Of a stretch of 64,000 nt of DNA, positions 52,075 through 64,000 are shown piece after piece; the first letter of the stretch is position 1, and each line of letters starts with the position of its first letter. Location: the NCBI RefSeq assembly GCF_009914755.1, contig NC_060944.1; one strand, written 5' to 3'. Both the position numbers and the translations under genes were made by a program. Source of the DNA: the human T2T-CHM13v2.0 reference genome, Homo sapiens. The notes beneath the pieces were generated by a model. It ran no database searches. It was not told the DNA's origin and saw nothing but the letters and a program-made list of their open reading frames with translations.

Positions 52075-54728
52075 CCTAGAGGAAACGTGCCCTGGGGGAA
52101 AAATGCAAGTTCATGGAACTCACAGTGATGCTTTCGCCGAATATCACAACACATTTTCAGGGGAGGAACATGTTGCCCAGAGAGGCCAAGGTACTTGCTG
52201 GAGGTCACATAATTTGCATGAAGCCAAGAATTAAAATGACCTCAGACCCCACATCTCTCCTTTTCCAAATTTCCTCTACTTGCACGTAGGAAGCAAAACT
52301 CCAGGAGGGAAGAGAGCTCAGGCACTAAAGCCCTGCGGGTTTGACTTGCAAAAAGCACCCAGATCATCACTTTACACACAACCCCAGCAACTTTATCTTC
52401 CAGCCTTTAGCATATGAAGGAAGTCAGCAAAAAACTGTCTGCTAGAGGCGGGCACACCAAAAGCCATGAGAAGCAATGCTGGGCAAGGGAAGGAGATATA
52501 AGAACTCAAACTTAGCGGTCTGGGGACATTTGGTGCAGGATCAAACAGTCCTGTGCACACCGGCTGTCCCTGCAGGCATCATCTAACATGCTTGTAATTT
52601 TTTCTTAGGTTTCAACATGTATAGGGGGACATGCATGAGTTACGAGACACATTTATTTCTGCAAAATGGCCGTATCCTGGCAAAGTGGACCAGATGACCT
52701 GTCATTGTCCTTTGAATGAAGGACAAAGATGATGACATTGGAAGACTTTCCACTTGGAGATCTGGTTTCCTCATATGCAAAACCTTACGGTAATAGCTAT
52801 GGCTCAGCCTACTGATTAAATGAGACAGTATGTGTGAATTGCCTGGGACAATTTGATATAATAAATGTTGTTTGCTTATCTTTCTCTAGGTCTTGCTTTC
52901 CTTATCTGAAAAATGGGAATACTATTACCATTCCCAGAGGACACTTGTTGGGATTGAAAATGATGGCATATTTGTAGAGGTCTGACTCATAACGACTCAC
53001 ATTCTCATGTTTTATTATGTGTGTTTTTTAAGAACCTGGGCCTGAGAGTGAAGAGAGCAGTGTCACCCTTAATCTCTCTGGTCCCCGTTTCACTCTGCCT
53101 GCAGGGCGCAAGCTTTGCTTCTCTCCTCCCCAATCTTGCTACTGCTAACAGAAGGTGCAGCCACCCGCCACCCACCTGCCCATCTCTCTGCCAGCCTGGC
53201 CTTGCCTGTGTTTGACCTTCTGCCTTAGAGCTCTGCTTCCAAGTGGAGGAAGGCTGCCTTCCAGAGGTTTCTATTAAGTACAAAAACAGGACAGTTGGCA
53301 TTCATTCAGCAAGCATTTAATGGACTCCTATTAAGTGCCAGCTGCTGTGGCAAAGTGACAAGTGACACAGACCAGGCAGGTCTCCAGCCTTCTGGACTTC
53401 AGGATAGCAGGAGAAATAAGCCCTAAACAAGGACACGCGCAGGCGCAGAGAAGACTTCCGATTGTGAGGCTGCTGAGAAGGGTCAAAAATCGCTGCTATG
53501 AGCAAGAATAAAAGGAGGCCTGTCTTAGATGGGGAGAAGGTGGGGAAGAAAGGCCTTTTGAGGAAGTACCCTGGAGGCCCGACCCAGCCTGCAGTCATTT
53601 TCTTGCAGGGGTCAGAGGTGTGGACGCACACGGGGTGCTGACCAGGGAGGAGCTGCTGTCCATCCTTCTCATGAGCTCCAGGGATGAGTGTGAGGGGCCA
53701 GGGGCAGGGAGGTGATGTGTGGCCCCACTGCGAATCAACCCCTGCCACGCTTACACCCTCTCTTTCTCCTCCATGGGGATCCCTGGTCACCCTCCTGGGC
53801 AACAGGAAAGATTCCAGTCAACATTTTCTTACACAAATATGCTAATGAATAAACAGGAAGTGTGAGATGGTGACAAGATAGGATAGGGTGACGTGACGGG
53901 GGACAGCGGACAGGTAGTGTGTGGCATCTCAGAGAGGGAACAGGGACAGGTAGCGTGCGGCACCTCAGAGAGGGAATGGAGCTGGCTGTTGAGCGGAGAC
54001 CTGAAGGAAGCAAAGAACAGGTAAGGACAGTATCAGAACGGAGTTCCTGGCAGAAGAACGGGCACACAGACGTCTGGGGTGGGAAGACGCTGACTTGCTC
54101 TGAAATAACAAGGAAACCAGTGTTGCCTGCGGAAATGGCCAAAGGGGAACATGGCATGATTTTGAGAAGCCGGCAGGAGCCTGGCCAGGCCGCAAGAGGA
54201 GTTTAGACTGTGTTGTAAGAACAACGGGAAGTCATCTAAGTTTAGGAGAGGCATGGCCCAAATGGCAGTTTTACAGGACCCCTCTGGCGGTTGAGAGGGA
54301 AGGGGATGGCAGGGGTGGAGGAGTGGACGTGGGAAGATTTGTCAGGAGGCTGCACAGTCATCCAGGGGAGAGGAGGTGGCGACGTTAGACAAGGGTGGTG
54401 ACAGTGAAGGACAGGAATCCCAATTGCCACGATGCAGAATGCCACTGGAAACTGGATATGTACTCACGGGCGCCATGAGCGAGAGCGCTGGCTGAGGAGC
54501 CGCAGTCCTCAAGTCAGAGCCTCAGCCCTGGGGCCTACGCCACTATGCATTTGCCACGTGACTGTTGTGCCCCCTGTACCCAAGACCGAGGCTGACTTTG
54601 AGGCATAGGAAGGGAATCAGAGGACAGAAATGAGCTTTCTGAAGTGCAAGTGCAAAGCAGTTTAAAGAAACCACTTTGAAGAAGTTCCAATCAACAGAGG
54701 AGCCAGCTGTGATTTCACTGTTGCCTTA

Positions 54729-55094
54729 TGCCGTGGACTGTATTGTGTCTCCCCAAAATTTGTATGTTGAAGCACCGACCTTCAAGGCGATGGTATCTGG
54801 AGATGGGGCCTTTGGTAGGTGACAGGTTGAGAAGAGGTCACGAGGGTAGAGTCCTCATGATGGGATCAGTGTCCCAAGAGGAGACACCAGACCCCCTCCC
54901 CCCACCGCCACCTACCAGGTGAGGACACAGAGAGAAGGCAGCCATCGTCAAGCCAGGAAGGGCTCTCACCAGAAACCAGCCATGCGGGTGCCTTGATCAT
55001 GGACTTTCCAGCCTCCAGAACTGCGAGAAAACAAATTTCTGTTGCTTGAGCCACCCAGTCTGTAATGTTTTGTTAGGGCAGCCTGAGCTAAGAT
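54729..55094 (+). mobile_element. MLT1A/MST-type MaLR LTR
   Basis: TGTGTCTCCCCAAAATTTGTATGTTG...GGACTTTCCAGCCTCCAGAACTG...GCAGCCTGAGCTAAGA. Confidence 0.8.
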
Positions 55095-55289
55095 GCCCTG
55101 AGCATTAGAAAGGGCCCTACGGGGACAAGAAAAGGGGACTTGGACCTGGCAGTGTAAAAATTGCGCTGGTGGTGCCCTGCACAGGCCTTTCACACAGTTT
55201 TAAAATAGCAAGTAACATCTACGTGGGTGTAAGGGTGCTAATTTTCAACGTCCTTGACTTCAACTTTAAAACTTTAATAATATAATTGT

Positions 55290-55597
<308 letters not shown>

Positions 55598-55611
55598 CCA
55601 CTTTAATAATA

Positions 55612-55925
55612 TAATCAATCCTTGGTATCTACAGGGGATTGGTTCCAGGACCTTCTACAGATACCAAAATCCACAGATGCTCAAGTCTCCTATACAAAAT
55701 GGCATAGAATTTGCAAATAACCTATGCATATCTTCCTGTGTACTTGAAATCATCTCTAGATTACTGATAACATCTAATCCAATATAACTGCTATGTAAAT
55801 AGTTGTTATACCGTTTTGGCTTTATTTATATTAATTTTTACTGTTGTACTTTTAAAAAATATATGTTTGATCTGTGGTAGGTTGAATCCATCATGCAGAA
55901 CCCACGGATATGGAAGACTGACCAC
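55612..55925. mobile_element. MER2 (TcMar-Tigger)
   Basis: GGGGATTGGTTCCAGGACC...GATACCAAAATCCACAGATGCTCAAGTC...CAGAACCCACGGATA. Confidence 0.88.
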
Positions 55926-55952
55926 ATATCCCTGCCTTAAAAAGTCAAACCA

Positions 55953-56284
<332 letters not shown>

Positions 56285-56387
56285 TTATAATGATGTCAGG
56301 GTGTCCTCTGCTCTTCCCTCCTTCAATCTCTGATTCTCACCACCTAGGGATAAATATTCTCAACTCTTTTTGTTATTTAACAACTGA

Positions 56388-56709
<322 letters not shown>

Positions 56710-57774
56710 GATTTTTAAATGCCTTTTAGTCACTTCTTTTCATGGAAAAAGAGGATTTAGTGCTCCTCCTCCATCTTGCTTCCCCCTGTGTCCTCCCAGT
56801 GAACTACATAATCATGGTGGTTAATCAATATTCCAGGCTTACATTATTCCTATTCTGTAACTCATGTTTGCTGATGGGTCAAGCTACATATTTTTTTCCT
56901 TGAATAATTTTTCATTTTTGTTTTTCGTGTGCTTAATTTTCCTCCCTGTCACTCATTTTCCCCCAAAGCTCAGAGCTGTAAACCCCTTCTGATTATGGCC
57001 AGACACTTTGTGCTCCAATTTGATCTCTTTCTCAGGCAGATTCCAGCCATCATCAGATGTTTCCTTTTATTACTTAGCAAATCCCCTTGCTTTTCTCTAT
57101 CATGGGTCCTCTCTTTGCAGGATTCCATCCATTCCTCCTTCCTATCTTGCTTCTTCATTGTGGTGGAACACATCTTCCAGGCCCTTTCTAAGAAAGGATG
57201 GATGAGAAATAAAGGTGCAGTTCTGCAAATGTTTTCATCTTACCCTCACACTTGATTGGTGGTTTGGCTGGGTAAAGACATCTAGGCTGAAAATAACTTT
57301 CTCTCTGAATTTTGAAGGCACGGCTTCATTGACTTCTCATTTCCAGCCTTGCTGCTGTTGAGCGTTGAATATTATTCTGCCTCCCATTTCTTTGTATACT
57401 GCTTACTTTTTTGCCCCCTTCTCTGGTAACTTTTAGATTTTCTCTTCATCCACCATGTCTTGAAATCTCACAGGGATTTAGGTGGGTCTTCCCTGGCTTT
57501 GCGGGTGGTAGGTGGACCCTTCCAATCTGAAGAGAGCCAGACTGCATCTCCCCTTCCAGCTTCCTCTTACTCCTAGACCATCTTTTTGAATTTAGAAACC
57601 AAGAATTTGGCTTCTTTATGCTCTCATCTATGAAGAAGTGGTTTTCATCACTAATAGTAAGAGTGTAACAAACGAAGCACATTCATTAATTCCTCCACAC
57701 ACGTGTCTTCCACAGGGGAGTGGGGAGTAGGAGGGTGGTCTCCAAGCTCCTTCCTCCTCCCCTGTCAGGCTGGC

Positions 57775-58508
<734 letters not shown>

Positions 58509-59122
58509 ATGGGGTGCTCAATAATGATTAGAAACCCCACGGTGCTGGTTAAATCTAACCACTGGTTCATGGGCCAGGTGAAAGGAAACAGACGCAAATC
58601 AGGAAGGATTCTGTGTGAGTGCACAGTAGCCAGGTCACTCTTCTGGGAGGGTATTGCAAAGTCGAAACGCGGCATGCTCCACCTCCAGCTCACCACCGTC
58701 CAGCCCAGGAAATCCACAGGTCTTTGCAGGTGCCATGCACGCTATGCTGACACAGCACAAGGGACACTTACTGATAGGTCCTGGGAGGACACTGAAGGAC
58801 AGGACTGCCTCCCGCATCTCCACAGTGACTCTTGGCCACACCATTTGTTACATTTCCTGGGTGCCTTCCTAAACCTCCAAGCTGCCCTGGAATCCCTTGA
58901 CTCCCATCTACAATATATTATTAGTATAAAGGGAGTCGACGAACTCACAACCACAAGCTGCAAATTCTAGTGACGTCAGGGTCAGGCAGATAACATAAGC
59001 AAAGGAAGGAGACAGAGGGACGGACATATGAGAGAGAGTGATGAGGACTGGGGCTAAGTGGAGAGGGACTGCCCTGCCAAAAAGCATTTAAATTCAATGC
59101 GTGTTGGAACACCATCCCAGCC

Positions 59123-59153
<31 letters not shown>

Positions 59154-59500
59154 AACCAAACACAAACCAACCAACAAAACCAAGTTTGCTGACCAAATGC
59201 AGCCTCCAAGCATCTAGTTGGTGATCTCCACTGAGGATATATGGTTAAGAGGACAGGCTTTGAAGACACAGACCTGATTTTGAATTTCACTGTTTCTGTG
59301 AAACAGTCTGGTCCAAATGTTAGAGATGTGTGAGAAATATATGAAATAAAGCATGTAGTGCTTAGTGCAGTCCTGACACATAGCAAGTGCTAAGTTAATA
59401 GTAGCTATTAATATTACTGTGGTAAATAAGAAAGTAGTGACGTGATTCTAAGCCTTCACTTCTCAGGAACAGTGCGGAGAGTACTCACGTGTGGAGTGGT

Positions 59501-59534
59501 GGTGCCTCCTGGTGGTCATAATTAGGAACTGCAG
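59501..59534 (-). promoter_or_regulatory. Candidate CTCF site: core plus upstream (ZF9-11) module
   Basis: Minus strand reads CTGCAGTTCC-TAATTA-TGACCACCAGGAGGCACC: core close to CCACYAGRKGGCRS, with the TGCAGTNCC module 6 bp upstream. Confidence 0.7.
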
Positions 59535-60984
59535 AGCAGTGTAGCAGGCCTAACAGAATGATTAGGAGCCAAGAGGGCTAATTTACGGTCAGACAATGGG
59601 TTTGACTCCAGTTCTGCCATCTGCGAGTAGGTGACACAGGTCATTCACCTCCATGCTTAGCCTCCATATTCAACTGCCCTACACCTACAACCCCACGGAG
59701 TGGCTCTGACAACTTAACAAGACAATATGATATCACTTTTAAGGGCTTTACTGCATACTAAGTGCTACGATCCTAGGATGATCCTGGCATGATGTCAGAA
59801 CTCAGAACACCGCAGCACCACACTGCCAACATCCTTCTCTCTTGTGAGAAGGTGAAACAGGTGGGTCCCCGGTTGTTACTTATTTTTTCTTTTATTGGGT
59901 GGCAATGAGAAGGGGTTACTCTGGACCGGAGCCCCTGACCAGAAAAATAGATCTGCTGTATCACCTGAAATTCACTGGAGCAAAATATTCCTTTGAGTTA
60001 TGCATTGCTCTATCCAGACTTCTCTTTTAAACCGGAAGTTCCCCCAGAAGGGTGACTGTATTAGTTCCAAATACCCACATGAGCATGAGTTTATCAGCTG
60101 CTCCCCTCCCTGACAGGAGGAGGGGACTGGGGGACACTTTGTGCTGTCATTACCTCCGTTTGGGACCCCTGCCCCAGTCACAGCCTTCTGCCCACTTGCC
60201 ATTGCTGGCCTACAGAGCTGGCTTCCTGCCTGCCTGTGATGGGAGACCCTGCCTTCAAGCTGGCTGAGTTGTCCCCAGGAGGTAGAGAACCAGAGGCCAG
60301 GCCTGACCTCAGACTGCAGGGTCCCCTCTCCCACGGCCCTCTGGGGAAGCTCCCCGCACCCAGGCCTCCTCAGCCCTGCCCCTCCTCCCCAGGTCCTGAG
60401 CTCTTCTTCCAGCAAACAGCGGCAGCATCTGTCTGGAAACACAGGAAAGGTGCCTCCACTTGTATCCTTTCCTGCCGCCAGATGGAGAAATAAAAACAGG
60501 AATAACAGATCCCACTGCCAGAGCACGTGTGCTGGGGCCTCTGCTGGGCACTGCAGACCCATTGGCTCATTTCATCATCTCGCCAACCCCATGTGATAGA
60601 TGCAATGATTGTTCACATTTCACAGATGAGAAAACTGAGGCTCAGTAGGGTGAGTGAGTTGCCGAAGGTCACAGAGCTTGACAGCGGGGGAGCCTGGGTG
60701 GGAACCAGGCAGACCAATGCCTGACCCTTCACCATGGTGCAATGTTTACCCAATGGGAAGCCATCCCTTCCACCTCCAAATCCAAGAGGCTGCTGCTGAC
60801 CAAGATCCAGCCCATTACCCTACTGTCAGATTGATCACATGAGCATGAATTATCAAACTGACACTCTGACCCACCCTGACAAATGTCACTGGCCAAATGT
60901 GTGACTGGTCATAACTGACAGATGGACAGACATTTGGCTTGGGAAAGCTAGGACCTGGCTAATGTTTGCTTTTAAAAGATCTTA

Positions 60985-61915
<931 letters not shown>

Positions 61916-62776
61916 GGTCAATTAATTTTAACTACTCATCTGGTGAGCCAGAACTACCTACCAACTGACCTCCTTTCCAGACAAATACCATGTGACTCAT
62001 GAGCTGGGCTTCCAGGGACTAGAATTGTTCCTGGGGACAGGCTGGGTGCTGACCAGAAGCAAAGGATGACATTTGAGAAGTTACCTGGCTGGCTGCCCGC
62101 CTTCTGGGGCCTGTGCTGCGCACTGCAGACCCACGGTCTCCCTTCTGCCCCAGCTCCTCTTGCAGGCTTCTGAGGCAAAAGAACTTCTGCCAGGCCAGGC
62201 ATCCCAACTCCCTCTAAAGAAACCCTCAGCAAGATGCTCATTCGGTCCCTCACATCAGTGCCAGGTGAAGAGAACGTGACCGGGGCTATCCTGAGGCTGC
62301 GGGTGGCCAGGGACGTAGGAGGGAGAAGGCAGGAGCTCTCTAGGCCAGACTAGAGTTCCATGCTCAGGCGTGAGGCTGTACAGCCCTATGGTACACCTCA
62401 GATCTGGGAGAGGGAATTATCTCACCTGTGAGAGTGTGGACAATACTGTCAATAGCAGCTCAGCCCTGGCCTCATGTCAGTTATCAATTGCTGTGTAATG
62501 AAGGATCCCCAAGCTTACGGGTCAAAATGATTATTCATTCTATCTCACAAACCTGTGGGTGGACTAGATGGCTCTCCTGCTCCATGTGGTTGGCTAGGGC
62601 GACAGGACACTGGAGCTGGAGCATCAAAGACGGCTTCTCTCCATATCCAGAGCTCAACTGAGATGACTGAAACATCTGGGGTTGACTGGGCATCTCTCTT
62701 CTTTCTCCATCCATGTGGCCTGTCCATGGAGCTAGCTTGGGCTCCCTCATCACATGGTGGTCTTAGGGGCATCAGG

Positions 62777-63075
62777 CTTTTTTTTTTTTTTTTTTGAGAT
62801 AGGGTCTCACCTTGTCACCCAGGCTAGCATGCAGTGGCATGATCACGACTCACTGCAGCCTCGACCTCCCTGGGTTCAGGTGATCCTCCCACCTCAACCT
62901 CCTGAGTAGCTGGGACTACAGGCACACGCCACCATGTCTGGCTAATTTTTCTATTTTTTTTTTTTTTGTAAAGGATGGGTCTCACTATGTTGTCCAGGCT
63001 GGTCTTGAACTCCTGGGTTCAAGTGATTCACCCACCTCAGCCTCACAAAGTGCTGGGATTACACCATGACCAGCT
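62777..63075 (-). mobile_element. AluJ-type element inserted in an old MLT1 LTR (about 62478-63098)
   Basis: T-tail, CTCACTGCAGCCTCGACCTCC; MLT1-like sequence on both sides. Confidence 0.9.
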
Positions 63076-63097
63076 GAATTGGACTTCTTAACATGGT

Positions 63098-63580
63098 GTG
63101 GCAAGCTGAACAGTCTACCCCCAAAATTCATATCTGCCCAGAACCTCAAAATACGACCTAATGTATGGTTGTATATGACCTCATCTTAACTAGTTATATC
63201 TGCAGAGATGAGAACAAAGTCTTCACAGATGTTAACTAGTTAAGATGAGGTCATACTGGATTAGGTTAAGCCCTAAATCCAACATCAGATGTCCTTCTAA
63301 GGAGGTTGGAAGACAAACAGATACACACAGGGACGAAGGCCATGTGAAGATAGAGGAGGAGACTAGAATTATGCCAACACCAGCCATGAAATGCCAAGGA
63401 CTGCCAGGAGTCAAGAGACAGGCATGGAATAGATTCTCCCCTCAGAGCCTCCAGAAGGACCCAGCCCTGCCAACACCTTGATTTTGGCCTTCTAGCCTCC
63501 AGAACTGAGACAGAATACATTTCTGTTGCCTTAAGCTGCCCAGTTTGTGGTACCTTGTTATGGCAGTGCTGGGAAACTCA
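63098..63580 (+). mobile_element. MLT1B/C-type LTR
   Basis: GTTAAGATGAGGTCATACTGGATTAGG...CCAGCCCTGCCAACACCTTGATTTTGG...TTGTTATGGCAG. Confidence 0.85.
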
Positions 63581-63759
63581 CTTGCATGGTGGCTGGGGCC
63601 TGAAGATGCAGCAGAAGCTAACGGCGTCTTAAAGGCTGATCCCAGAACTGACGGAGCATCACCCCGCCATGCTTCATCCGGCAAGGCAGGGCCTCTCAGC
63701 GTAGGCCCCATTGACACTGGAATGGTCTCACTCTGTTTGCGGAGGGCAGAGGAATTGGA

Positions 63760-63911
63760 GGAGGTTGCTCTGTGTTCCAGGATGTTTAGTGGAATCTCTG
63801 GCTTCCACTCATTGTCAGTAGCACCCCCACCAGGCCCAACAACTAAAAGTGTCCCCAGAGATTGCCCAATGTCCCCTGGAGGACAAAGCCACCCTGGATT
63901 GAGAACCACTG
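63760..63911 (-). mobile_element. MER20 fragment
   Basis: CAGGATGTTTAG...AATGTCCCCTGG...TTGAGAACCACTG. Confidence 0.75.
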
Positions 63912-64000
63912 GGTTAAAGTAAGTAACAGGATCAGCACAGCTCCCAGGGCAGGGGCTGTATAAGCGTGGGAACGGCAGCAGGCTCCCTGAGGGCCACCAA

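Noticed and set aside
54278-54292. CTCF-like CCGCCAGAGGGGTC on the minus strand
   Set aside because: Lacks the GGC core end, has no upstream module and lies in L2-like sequence.

Overview
Primate (most likely human) genomic DNA, not prokaryotic: it is rich in Alu, L1, L2, MIR, MaLR and MER repeats. The only protein-coding gene I can support is the 3' part of TOX2 (HMG-box transcription factor) on the + strand. Six GT-AG exons (29892-30131, 32866-33093, 43353-43433, 44288-44683, 45306-45433, 47226-47262) splice into one open frame of 369 codons ending ...RDKSLYLT*. The 3' UTR follows, with AATAAA at 48168. Positions 1-29891 are one long upstream intron and about 48.2-64 kb is repeat-rich downstream DNA. 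A 6.2 kb L1PB-like element with target-site duplications (TSDs) lies in sense orientation in the intron that splits the HMG box. Almost all other ORFs in the supplied track are spurious or repeat-derived. I find no evidence for a new multi-gene system. The least-explained signals are: (i) four locally templated insertions (two displaced direct copies of about 305 and 268 bp, two short inverted copies); (ii) a strong CTCF site with its upstream module at 59501-59534; (iii) a skippable 81-nt exon carrying HMG helix 3; (iv) several repeat-free, motif-dense intronic blocks that may be enhancers. Repeat subfamily names and TOX2 exon numbers come from recalled consensus sequences, not from a search, and repeat boundaries without TSDs are approximate.
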